IMG/VR virus record: IMGVR_UViG_3300017792_000001
Coordinates: 40,697-104,696 of that record
Source: a virus
Taxonomy: Duplodnaviria > Heunggongvirae > Uroviricota > Caudoviricetes
Reading direction: 5' to 3' (one strand)
Length of the DNA: 64,000 nucleotides
Made by a program: the position numbers and the translations under genes. A model generated the notes under the pieces. That model saw only the letters and a program-made list of their open reading frames with translations, searched no databases and was not told the DNA's origin. Positions within the stretch are counted from its first letter, which is position 1, and every line of letters starts with the position of its first letter. This document shows positions 46,664-56,149 of the stretch, piece after piece.

Positions 46664-49600
46664 TCAGACAAATTCGAAGGCGATCTCTCGACCCTCAGCG
46701 AGAGGATTCATTGCAGTCACACCGGACCAATAACCGGATTGCGCACCAAGCGGCGAAACAAAGCCACTGGTAGGTTGTTGGTTGTAGACGAATGTAACCC
46801 CGTTGATGATCAAGGTATTAGTCCAAGCGGGCATATCGCTCGTTGGAGTCAGTGTTGTGTCCTCCCAGCCCAGGATTAAGAACGAGCCACGGTCCATGAA
46901 CAGACCTTTCAGGCGACGTACAATCGTTGTGCTCCCAGAGGTATAACGGAACAACTTGTGCGTGCAAGAACCAAGACTGATGTAGGCACCGCCGCCGCTT
47001 GATACGCTGTACGACGAATTCTCCATGTAACCGTAGATCGTACCGACATCACCAGAGAAGAAACCCATGGTGAGCGAAGGTTTGATCGTGTTCAGCCGCT
47101 TATACTGCGGGAACTTCGGTACGGTGCCTTTGTACTGACTTGTCTTCGAGATACGCACATCACGCACGGACAGACCGCCGCTGCCGATATCACCACGTTG
47201 AATCGGCAATGTCGTTGCAGGCAGTGCACCAGAGAATGTACCACTGGCTTTTGCGACACCATCAAAGTACAGAGTTATGGTTGTACCTACGCGCTCAGCA
47301 ACCACGTAGTATTCTTGGTTCAGCACAAGGGCTTCTGGGTTCGTGATGACCACCAAGCCTGTGAGTGCAGCACCCGTCGAACTGAGTACAAGCCCGATCT
47401 TACCGTCCATGAGACGGAACTGCCACGAGTTGTTGCTCGCGCTATTCAGGAACTGACCGATCAACGACACAGGGTTACCTGAGATAGACGACACCACTAG
47501 GCGCGCTTCAATCGTGAAGTCACCAGCACTGAATGCAGGTGTCAAACCAGCCCATGCAAACCCACCGTTGGTGCTGATACGACTGGACAGAACCGAACCG
47601 TTTGCAGCAGGTACCGTAATCAGCGTACCGAGCTTATCGTCACGTGGCGAGCGAGACACCGTGGCTTGAGTAACGACGTTCGCCTCTTCCGCTGTCGTGT
47701 ACTTGTTGTCAGGGAAACCAGGAAAGGTTGCAGCAACATCGACTACGCCATTGTACATGGCTTTGTCAGCGATGCGAATGTCCCAGATCCAACCAGTGCC
47801 GCTATAGTTACCTGTACCCGGACTGTAGTTGCGAACGAAGCGTGGAGCTTCACCGCGAATCGGGAACGTGCAAGGGGCAGACAGCTTGTCAACCTGAACG
47901 CCAGTGTGGGCATCCAGAATATACAGCGTCAGTACACCAGCAACACGCTCAACGATCACGCGGTAGTCGATGTTCAATGCCAGAGCAACGGTCGAATACA
48001 GCGAGACTGCATCAGTGCCGACAGTCGAACGGTTCATCTGGAAGTAGGCTTTGCGGTCCGCAGCGATCAGCAATGCCCAGCGGTTCAAGTCGTTAGTGGC
48101 AGAACCCAACCACCACTCGCTCAGTAGCAAGAAGCCAGCAGTAGCGCCAGCAACCGACATATTGAAACTGCACTCGATGGTGAAGTCACCTGCACCGAAC
48201 GGGTCTGCGAGTAGCATGAACCCGTTGGTTGAGGCTTGAGTGCCTGTGAACTTCATGCGACCTTGTTGTACGACTTGGTTCGCACCGCCGGTGTTGACAA
48301 CAACTCGGTCGTTGGCTTCATCAATCACTGCATCGCGACGGAATCCAACCTGTGCACGAATTGCCTTGGCATCATCAACACTATACAGCGGGCGCACGTA
48401 TGTCTGCACCGAAGTATCTGGTGTGAAGCTCTCGGTGTGACGGCAGATGCCTTTGTCGATATACAGACCACGACGTGTGCCACGGAACGCATACGAGTTG
48501 GAGTTTGTGCCGAAGCCAATACCACGTGCGCTTGCAGGTTGCGGACCAATACCGCCGTTGTTGACAGTGCTGAGAGTCTGCTTGACGCCGTTCATGAACA
48601 CATAGAACTGACCACCTTTGCGGCTAAACTCAATGTGCAAATCGGCACCTGCAGCCACAACAACGTCTTGCCCAGGTACGAGCGCGATAAACGCACCTGC
48701 CACCTTCACGTAGAAGAGAAACTTGTTGAAGTTCTTGCCGTAGAGAATGTAGAACGTACCAGCAGTATCGCCTGGTACATCACACGAACCAGCGATCAAC
48801 AGGTCTGTGGTAATTGCGGCAGCGGACAGAGTGTTCAACGGTGTGATCGTCAGACCAATCGTGAAGTCCTCGTTATCCTTGAACAGCAACGTGTCCTTGA
48901 TGCGCATCGACGAGGCGGCAGTTGTGGTAGTGACTTTATTGTCCGCAATTGAAATGCCGGAACCTGCAAGGATACCGAACTTCTCGGTAACATCGTCGAT
49001 GTGCTCGTTGGTTGCGAACGAGAAATGCCTCCAGCGGTTGAAGTCGCTGAGCGTGAGCTGGCGTACGGTGATGCTCGATACAACGGAGCGTGCCGTGTAG
49101 GTCAGATTCCAGTTTGCCCAATCAGCACTGTACCAGATCTTCTCGTCGCCGATGATCAGGCTGTTCGAACCAGCAGCATAGATGTCACGCAGCGCTTGGT
49201 TTGCACCGAACATCGTGTTCATGGTTGCAGCAGGAATTTGTTCCCATGCAGTACCAGCAACACCCTTGTACATCAGCGATTGACCAGTGGCAGAGTCTGC
49301 GTTACCGATCTGGAATACAGTGTCAGTTGAGACTTGCGTTGCACTGCCGCCACTGTACAAGGCGTTGCTTGCAGCGCTTGCACGGGTAGCGGTCCAGCTC
49401 GTATCAGATGGTTTGCGACGATAAGCGCCAGCACCTTGGCGAACAGCAACAAGGTACTCTTTACTTTCAGTGATCGAACCAATAACGATGTACTGCGAAC
49501 CTGAAGTCACGTTATCGGTGGTGACAGTGTAGCCGTTGCCGTTCCAAGTGAACACATGGAAACCACGCAGAGCATCACCGACACCTGGTTGATATATCGC

Positions 49601-50059
49601 ACCAGTGGAAAGACGCTTCGCTTTACCGCCACGGAAACCTGTTTGAGTAGGCGCAGTGTAAGTGCCGCGAGTCCACGTTGCACCGTTGTCAGTCGTGAAG
49701 AAGTAGGACGAGTTGCTGCCCAGAACAAGGAAGCGCCCACTGTCGAAGACGATGGAACCCTGATCGAGCGGAGTGCCTGAGACGATAGCAGCCGGAATCG
49801 TGAGCTTCTCCCACGTAACGCCGTCGTCAATAGAACGCAAGATCGTGCAGTTCGTACCACACGCCATCCACTGCCCGTTGCCGTATGCAGCTTGGTGCAG
49901 ATTCGCTGTGGTCAATCCCGTAGCCATTTCGGCCCACGAAGTTCCGTCTATTGAGCGTGCAATGAGACCAGATGCTCCTACCGCGACTGCGGTTATTCCT
50001 TTACTAGCCACTTGCCTCACAAACGGCCACAAGGCGAACTTGGGGATTAGACTGAGCAT
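46664..50059 (-). CDS. large tail fibre / receptor-binding protein (BNR propeller + LamG-like domains)
   Basis: Start set to internal ATG (MLSLIPKFALWP; RBS AGGA) at 50059; BNR boxes SIDGTSW, SIDDGVTW, TTDNGATW, then LamG-like repeats (GDFTIE ... TLYFDG). Confidence 0.55.
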   Translation of the reverse strand: MLSLIPKFALWPFVRQVASKGITAVAVGASGLIARSIDGTSWAEMATGLTTANLHQAAYGNGQWMACGTNCTILRSIDDGVTWEKLTIPAAIVSGTPLDQGSIVFDSGRFLVLGSNSSYFFTTDNGATWTRGTYTAPTQTGFRGGKAKRLSTGAIYQPGVGDALRGFHVFTWNGNGYTVTTDNVTSGSQYIVIGSITESKEYLVAVRQGAGAYRRKPSDTSWTATRASAASNALYSGGSATQVSTDTVFQIGNADSATGQSLMYKGVAGTAWEQIPAATMNTMFGANQALRDIYAAGSNSLIIGDEKIWYSADWANWNLTYTARSVVSSITVRQLTLSDFNRWRHFSFATNEHIDDVTEKFGILAGSGISIADNKVTTTTAASSMRIKDTLLFKDNEDFTIGLTITPLNTLSAAAITTDLLIAGSCDVPGDTAGTFYILYGKNFNKFLFYVKVAGAFIALVPGQDVVVAAGADLHIEFSRKGGQFYVFMNGVKQTLSTVNNGGIGPQPASARGIGFGTNSNSYAFRGTRRGLYIDKGICRHTESFTPDTSVQTYVRPLYSVDDAKAIRAQVGFRRDAVIDEANDRVVVNTGGANQVVQQGRMKFTGTQASTNGFMLLADPFGAGDFTIECSFNMSVAGATAGFLLLSEWWLGSATNDLNRWALLIAADRKAYFQMNRSTVGTDAVSLYSTVALALNIDYRVIVERVAGVLTLYILDAHTGVQVDKLSAPCTFPIRGEAPRFVRNYSPGTGNYSGTGWIWDIRIADKAMYNGVVDVAATFPGFPDNKYTTAEEANVVTQATVSRSPRDDKLGTLITVPAANGSVLSSRISTNGGFAWAGLTPAFSAGDFTIEARLVVSSISGNPVSLIGQFLNSASNNSWQFRLMDGKIGLVLSSTGAALTGLVVITNPEALVLNQEYYVVAERVGTTITLYFDGVAKASGTFSGALPATTLPIQRGDIGSGGLSVRDVRISKTSQYKGTVPKFPQYKRLNTIKPSLTMGFFSGDVGTIYGYMENSSYSVSSGGGAYISLGSCTHKLFRYTSGSTTIVRRLKGLFMDRGSFLILGWEDTTLTPTSDMPAWTNTLIINGVTFVYNQQPTSGFVSPLGAQSGYWSGVTAMNPLAEGREIAFEFV

Positions 50060-50169
50060 ATTGATTCCTGCATGAGTTCGGTGTTGGCTATTAGAAAATG
50101 AAGATCCGTCTGAAATAGTCCTTGGAAAATAAAAGGGCCGCACACCAAGAAGATGAACGACCCTTGGGC

Positions 50170-50706
50170 TTAGATCGAGGTCACTCGCACACACGCTGGT
50201 TCAGTTACCTGACCATACGCATTCACCAGACGGTAGGCAAAGGACTCTTGCCCACTGTTACCTTGAGAGACGTAGGCAATGTGCTGACCGTCATTCGATA
50301 CTCGCGCCACACCCTTTTCAGGTTGACTGAGGATCTGAGGCCAGAACGGAATGCTCGCCTTGAACATGCTGTCACCCTCGCCCTGTACAAGGGCTTTGCC
50401 AAGGTTGATCACATGATCTTCAAAAGGTGCGATGGCTTTGAACACCCGAATTTGATACTCTCCGGGCGTGCGAGTTACGAGAAAGCCGCCCTCGAACCAG
50501 TAGTCAGGTTGAAACCCTTCTGCACGGTTCAAAGACACGCCGTCACTGGTTCGAATCACGTCAAACAGACCGCGATTGATCGGATCCATTTCGAGCCGAT
50601 CAGTGAAGACTTCTTCGGTGAACTCCACAGAAGCCTTGGGTAAGAACTTCTGTAGATCGTTGATGGAAGGTTTGGCATAACGAAACACTGGACTTGACGC
50701 AAGCAT
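50170..50706 (-). CDS. hypothetical structural protein
   Basis: ATG 50706 overlaps the upstream TAA (TAATG); the ORF track extends further to an alternative start. Confidence 0.45.
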   Translation of the reverse strand: MLASSPVFRYAKPSINDLQKFLPKASVEFTEEVFTDRLEMDPINRGLFDVIRTSDGVSLNRAEGFQPDYWFEGGFLVTRTPGEYQIRVFKAIAPFEDHVINLGKALVQGEGDSMFKASIPFWPQILSQPEKGVARVSNDGQHIAYVSQGNSGQESFAYRLVNAYGQVTEPACVRVTSI

Positions 50707-53669
50707 TAGCCACCTCCCACATAGCCGTAACGTTTTTGTTGCTCCGGCGGCTTGATGATAATGCCACACGTAGCGTTCTCAGCGAGAGGCTTCGCAACGA
50801 AGATCCACTTGCCGTTGATCTGGAAGAACTCGGTGCGTTGCGCTTCAACCTCAGCAGCGTATGCCTGAGCCTGTGCTTGCGAACCAAATCCAGATTGTTC
50901 CTCTGGCAGGAAGAAGTCCTGGCTTGCGACAGCGTACATCGGAGTTGCTTTCGCGACCTCGACAGCCGTTGGTGCGTGACGCTCATACACCATGTCGAAG
51001 CTACTTGCCTCGTTGACTTGATTCCAGTAGTACGCTGCATCAATCTTGCGACTGACAACTTGGTTCCACTGGTACGCCGCAGAGATAAGCTGGAACTTCT
51101 CAACGTCAGGTCGGAACCATTCGAACGGTCCGATTTCTTCACGGTGATACAGTTGATAACCCTGAACCACAATATCCGCGAAGTGACGATTCAGCAACGT
51201 GCGTGGTTCTGCCGTGATGTCCTGGTACTCGACGTGTCGCAGCGTGTGTGCAAGCCATTCCGTACCAATGCGCTCAACGTGACGCAGAGTGTAGGTGTTC
51301 CAGCTTGTGCCGATCTTCTCGACGTGCTGCAATGCGTACTTGCCGAACAGTGCGTTGATCTTCTCGATGTGTTGCACCATGGCCTTGGACCACTTCGCAT
51401 CAATCGGGTAGATTTTATTGCGCTGCCAACGATTCCACAACTGACCGTCCCAAGTACGGAACAGAGTGTCACGCAATGCTGGATCTGCTTGTACTGTCCA
51501 GTAATGCGACGGTACGTTGCGCACAGCTTCGATAACGGGGATGTACGCCCAGTAACCACCGAAATGGTTAATGGTTTGCTGCATCGCGTCAAACGGTGCC
51601 ATGGTGCCTTGCAACTGCTTGACCGCCTCGATGTTCCGGTCGAGTGACATCACAGTCGTATAGTCGCGAACTGCTCCAGGAACTGCTGCTCCAGTGCGTC
51701 GTACACTACCGTGGGTAATGCGGAGCGCAGTAGGAACGGCCATGTTTGGCAGACGTGATGTGTTACGCAGCTTTGTCGCAGTCAGTCCACGATCCAGTTC
51801 AACCAGCGTGCCTTGCAGCATATGCTCGCCAACCAGTGCCGTTTGCTTCTTGACGCTTTGACCACCACCGATCATGCCATCATAGCGATTGCGCAGGTCA
51901 GTCTTCTCTTGGCGTCGTTCGACACCATTGAGTACCATAGGCAGCAGCGTGATGGAGAACACCACGTTGTCGTCAGCGGCATGAGTGTCGTGCGTGTTGC
52001 GCACCGGACGCAGGTTCTGGAGAACGGAGCGAACCTGAATCACGTCACCATTCTTGATCGTACCGCTGTAGCCAAACTCACCACCGTTGATCGAGAACGA
52101 AACCTCTGACTCGCCCACGTTCGATGTCACGTCAGCAGTGAAGCCTTCGGTGATACCTGCAACAACGTAGGTCGGAGACAGGTACTCGTACTTCGGTACC
52201 GCGTTGTTGATCTGCGGCAACGACTTCGGATTTGGGAACAACTTCGGCTGAGTACGCAGCATGATCGACGTAGGACGACGGCCCATCAGGGTTACCCAAC
52301 GGTCGTAGTACCAATCGGTCGAAGCAGGCATGGTGATCACCAGCTTGTCACCGAAACGCAGATACCCGCCAGTCCAATCGACACCGTTCAGCTTGACTGT
52401 GGCACCTGGGCTAGTTGCGAGCTTCACGTATTCAGCGCGAGGCCATGCGCAAGTCCAGGTATAGCTGATCGCTTTGTTCCAGGTGAAGTCAGCAGGTTGC
52501 ACCAGCACTGGAGACACAGCAGGCTCAAGCGTTGTTACCGCAGCAGCGTCGCTATACAGGTCAGTCACCACGTAGTCCGCAAGGTAAGTAGCACCGTACG
52601 TTTTGGTGGTTGTGATGTCTGCACGCCCAGTGAAGTCGAGGGCGAACGTTGCGGTTACCGTTGTGTCAAAGAAGCCGACATATACGGTGGTGTCCTTGAC
52701 AGTGATCGAGCGCGGCACGTCGTTGAAGTACGTGAGCTTGTAGGTGTTGTCCGCCAGCAGGAGTTTCATTGCACAGCGGTTTGCACCATCGACCACATAC
52801 AGGTCAGTTGCGTTGCTGTCTGCCGCAATGTATGTACCATTGAGCGGGACAAGCACTGTGGTGACGTAGCTGCCACTAACCAGCGCAGTCTTCTTGATCC
52901 CGCCGTTGCCGAAGGTGATATACGAGTTGTCGTACAGCACATACAGGCCGTGCAGTGCGTCCAGTTCCGCGTTAGTGGTCGTGGTGAGCACAGCACTGGT
53001 AGCAGGACTCCAGCGAACGAGACTGCTGGCATAAGCGAACACCAAGTTGCCGTCAACATCACCAGAGGCAGCAACAACGCCGTCAGTAATGGAGAACGTG
53101 GCATCAATGGCGAACGCGGTGGTCAGCCGAATGATTTGCGACTTGGTGACAATGAAGGGAACAGTCTGCACGCCGTCTGCCAATGCCCAACGTGGAGCAT
53201 AGATGACAGCAACAGGCACTGTGGTGAGCGTGAGCTTCTTGACAGCATTCGCCGCGTTGAAGAACCACACTTCTTTCTTTACAAAATCAATGGAAGCGAC
53301 CGCGTCCCCTGCAGTGAACGTGCCGGTGTCCGTGTAAGGGACTTGAGCACCTGAAGGGTAGTGGGTTAGCTTGCCATATGTGCTACCAGTCAGTCGCTGA
53401 TACGCCAAGTCACTGATGTAGCGCAGAGTCTTGGGTAGATCGACAAACCAGTAGTATTGCTTGCCACCGAGCTGAACGCTGATTTCGGCATACGCAGTCA
53501 CGGTCGTACTCAACCGAACCACATCACCTTGCTTAACCGGAATCGTAACTCCCGGCTGATAGGTGGTGCCCTTATAGATGACGCTACACGCGGCGATCAG
53601 ATCACCGGAGAGCGGCACTGTGCAATCAACTGTCGTCGCGCCGGAGGCCAAACTAACTGGAATGTACAT
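50706..53669 (-). CDS. large virion protein (baseplate or host-specificity candidate)
   Basis: 987-aa ORF in the tail gene block; RBS ggag upstream; beta-rich composition. Confidence 0.5.
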   Translation of the reverse strand: MYIPVSLASGATTVDCTVPLSGDLIAACSVIYKGTTYQPGVTIPVKQGDVVRLSTTVTAYAEISVQLGGKQYYWFVDLPKTLRYISDLAYQRLTGSTYGKLTHYPSGAQVPYTDTGTFTAGDAVASIDFVKKEVWFFNAANAVKKLTLTTVPVAVIYAPRWALADGVQTVPFIVTKSQIIRLTTAFAIDATFSITDGVVAASGDVDGNLVFAYASSLVRWSPATSAVLTTTTNAELDALHGLYVLYDNSYITFGNGGIKKTALVSGSYVTTVLVPLNGTYIAADSNATDLYVVDGANRCAMKLLLADNTYKLTYFNDVPRSITVKDTTVYVGFFDTTVTATFALDFTGRADITTTKTYGATYLADYVVTDLYSDAAAVTTLEPAVSPVLVQPADFTWNKAISYTWTCAWPRAEYVKLATSPGATVKLNGVDWTGGYLRFGDKLVITMPASTDWYYDRWVTLMGRRPTSIMLRTQPKLFPNPKSLPQINNAVPKYEYLSPTYVVAGITEGFTADVTSNVGESEVSFSINGGEFGYSGTIKNGDVIQVRSVLQNLRPVRNTHDTHAADDNVVFSITLLPMVLNGVERRQEKTDLRNRYDGMIGGGQSVKKQTALVGEHMLQGTLVELDRGLTATKLRNTSRLPNMAVPTALRITHGSVRRTGAAVPGAVRDYTTVMSLDRNIEAVKQLQGTMAPFDAMQQTINHFGGYWAYIPVIEAVRNVPSHYWTVQADPALRDTLFRTWDGQLWNRWQRNKIYPIDAKWSKAMVQHIEKINALFGKYALQHVEKIGTSWNTYTLRHVERIGTEWLAHTLRHVEYQDITAEPRTLLNRHFADIVVQGYQLYHREEIGPFEWFRPDVEKFQLISAAYQWNQVVSRKIDAAYYWNQVNEASSFDMVYERHAPTAVEVAKATPMYAVASQDFFLPEEQSGFGSQAQAQAYAAEVEAQRTEFFQINGKWIFVAKPLAENATCGIIIKPPEQQKRYGYVGGG

Positions 53670-53688
53670 AGGCGGCTCCAGAGAAACA

Positions 53689-53722
53689 AGAAAGGGGACT
53701 AAAGAAGTAGTCCTTTAGTCCC
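53689..53722 (-). terminator. hairpin terminator/attenuator (perfect 12-bp stem AGGGGACTAAAG / CTTTAGTCCCCT, then TTCTTGTTTCTCT on the minus strand)
   Basis: Lies immediately downstream of the 53743 stop on the minus strand. Confidence 0.55.
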
Positions 53723-53742
53723 CTCTGTGGTGTGTCTACTAC

Positions 53743-54747
53743 TTACGCAGCAGGTACGCCACCGCCGTCGATCAGGAACAGCAGGCGCATTTTGGTGTTG
53801 TTCGCACCGTTGGCTTTCAGTGCGCGATACAGACGTGGGGTCTGCTCGTTGTACACGGTGACCGGGATTTCCGATTCTTCGGCGATCACGTCAGCACTGG
53901 TATATGCGATCATATCCAGTTCTTCGGTGTACGCGTAGCGGTCGGTGTTCAGACGGTTCGGGAAGGTGATCAGGTACTTGTTGCCCTTGGCAATAGCAAC
54001 CTGGTCCTTACCATTCAGAATCGCGGCGCTGTTCACGGTGTCGATTTCGGCAGATACCGACTTCGTTGGACGGAACACGTCGCTTTCCGATACGACGAAC
54101 TTCTGAGCTTCTTGCGAGTCGCAGGAGTACACGCAGAAGATCGGGCTGTTGTCGGTTTTCAGGACAGCACCAGTCGACTTGTCGACAGGAGCCTGGATCA
54201 GGAACCAGCTGTTGGACGGCGAAACGTCCGAAGCATCTTCCCACACTTGCAGCGCCAGGCCACGATCGGTAGCGACCATGTAGTAGCTGTAGGTGGTACC
54301 GGCGTCGTACACGACGTTCAGCAGGTTGCGAGTGATGAACACGTCGCCCAGTGCTTGGCCTTGGGTTTTCGACCAGGCATTACCCAGTTGACCCATGACG
54401 CGGTCGCCGTACTGCTGACCGGTGTTGTTACCTGGGAACTGAGTGGTGCTGCCGTCCGCTGGGATCTGCTGTGGGTTAGCCACGGCAATCTTCAGGGTAC
54501 CGGTGCCAGGGTTCTGGGTAGTCGAAGCAACGTCAACCAGCAAGCGCCACGGTTGGGTAGCGTTCATCGGGTTGATGGCAGCGTGCGAGTCGAACACGAA
54601 CTTGCCCGAACCGGCGGTCAGCGCAAACGGAGTGCTCGAAGCTGGAAGGATCTGAGTCAGACCAACAGCCTTGAGGTCGGTGAACAGAGCCAGAGCAACA
54701 GCGCCCAGGCCTTGCAGTTTGGATTTGGTATATACTTTACCAGCCAT
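53743..54747 (-). CDS. abundant virion structural protein (major tail or tube/capsid-associated candidate)
   Basis: Start at ATG 54747 with strong RBS GGAGA (7-nt spacing); highly biased codon usage; followed by an attenuator hairpin. Confidence 0.5.
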   Translation of the reverse strand: MAGKVYTKSKLQGLGAVALALFTDLKAVGLTQILPASSTPFALTAGSGKFVFDSHAAINPMNATQPWRLLVDVASTTQNPGTGTLKIAVANPQQIPADGSTTQFPGNNTGQQYGDRVMGQLGNAWSKTQGQALGDVFITRNLLNVVYDAGTTYSYYMVATDRGLALQVWEDASDVSPSNSWFLIQAPVDKSTGAVLKTDNSPIFCVYSCDSQEAQKFVVSESDVFRPTKSVSAEIDTVNSAAILNGKDQVAIAKGNKYLITFPNRLNTDRYAYTEELDMIAYTSADVIAEESEIPVTVYNEQTPRLYRALKANGANNTKMRLLFLIDGGGVPAA

Positions 54748-54761
54748 TGATGTGTCTCCGG

Positions 54762-55328
54762 TTATACAGAAATAAACCCACAAAGGGTGATCGAGATGTC
54801 GGCCAACGCTGGGTCGGTCGTTTGAGGCGCAAACACAACAATCGTTTCCCCACGTTTAATGAGGATGTCATCCATGGAGTTCGATTGGAATTCAGCAGTG
54901 TCATTCCCATCCGAAAACACAATGTTTCCGATGAAGTTGGCAGAGCCGTCTTCTGGTGTATGCACAATCGAGAACTCTTGCGTGCTTGTCGAAGGCTGTA
55001 GCGCTTTTGCAATCGCTCCTGCGAAGCCGCCCTGAATTACAAACGAGCGGGGTGCAACGAACAGCATTACGCGCTGGTTAGCTTCCGGGCTGCCGAAGAC
55101 AGTACCCGACAAGTCATAAGACAGCAGGCTGTATTGCGGCGAGCGCAAAGTCCAGACGTTACGAGTGAACTCGTAGATGCCAGGACCTTGATTACCAGCG
55201 GCTTGAGTGAGTTCCCACAGAGCACCGTCAGTTGGAACTTGCGGGAATTGGGTTCCCCGGCGAGCTTCATCCAACATCTCAATGCCAAGACCAGAACCTG
55301 CGGCGATAGTTAGACCATCAGTCAGCAT
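54762..55328 (-). CDS. hypothetical structural protein
   Basis: Start set to ATG 55328 (RBS AGGAG, 7-nt spacing); ORF-track start 55367 is GTG. Confidence 0.45.
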   Translation of the reverse strand: MLTDGLTIAAGSGLGIEMLDEARRGTQFPQVPTDGALWELTQAAGNQGPGIYEFTRNVWTLRSPQYSLLSYDLSGTVFGSPEANQRVMLFVAPRSFVIQGGFAGAIAKALQPSTSTQEFSIVHTPEDGSANFIGNIVFSDGNDTAEFQSNSMDDILIKRGETIVVFAPQTTDPALADISITLCGFISV

Positions 55329-55536
55329 CAGACTACTCCTGCTTTGCCCGATCGTGGGACTGACCACTCAATGTGGAGCTCCATGTCAGAGACGACAACT
55401 ACTGCTTTGGGCAGCATCTTGTTGATCTTGCCGTCTACTTCAATGAAAGCGTCCACTACTGGGGCTCGTGTGTATAAATTATGCCGAACAACCCAAAGAC
55501 TGCTCGGTTCGGTTTGGACGTGCTGATAACGGTCTG

Positions 55537-56136
55537 TCATACGCACCGCGCTCGCCCGGTCATCGGGCTGGTAAACGTTGCGGTGGCCTGGGTCATTGCG
55601 TCATTATGCACGATTGACGTGGGCTGGATTTCCATGTTGCCAGCGAAGCAACGGACGAGCGGCAGGTAACCAAGATTGTGGTTGATCACCCAGATCTGCT
55701 CGTTGTTGAACACTTGCTCGTAAGCAACTTGTGGACGAGGGATACCCTCGGTGCTGCCCATGATCAGAATGGCACGACCGGCTTGTGGCTCAGAGAACCG
55801 GATCGTCGCATGGTTGAACGAGAACTCAACCTCGTCCTCCATGATCGCTTTGTTGTCACCCGAAAGAACTTGCACGATACAACCTGCGGTTTGCAGCTTG
55901 TGGTCGATTTCCCAGACTGACGATGCCACGAACTGGTCGTGGATGTGAGTCTGGAGTTCATTGCTCATGGGCAACCAGACCGGGACACCATCTTGAATCT
56001 CCAGGCAGATGAAAATGCGACTGCCTTTGAAGATGAAGGTGCCCGGCTTGGGTTCAAGCGGCCATTGATCAACGGGTTCGAGCGCGAAGTTCTTCAGGGT
56101 ATTACCCAGAAGGTCGAGGTCGCCATTGATCTGCAT
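55537..56136 (-). CDS. hypothetical structural protein
   Basis: 199-aa ORF directly downstream of the tail fibre gene. Confidence 0.5.
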   Translation of the reverse strand: MQINGDLDLLGNTLKNFALEPVDQWPLEPKPGTFIFKGSRIFICLEIQDGVPVWLPMSNELQTHIHDQFVASSVWEIDHKLQTAGCIVQVLSGDNKAIMEDEVEFSFNHATIRFSEPQAGRAILIMGSTEGIPRPQVAYEQVFNNEQIWVINHNLGYLPLVRCFAGNMEIQPTSIVHNDAMTQATATFTSPMTGRARCV

Positions 56137-56149
56137 GTAGCCTCCGGGA

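Noticed and set aside
53743-54747. Calling 53743-54747 the major capsid protein
   Set aside because: No recognisable HK97- or T7-capsid motifs by eye. It is flanked by tail, fibre and baseplate genes, so only an abundant structural protein is asserted.
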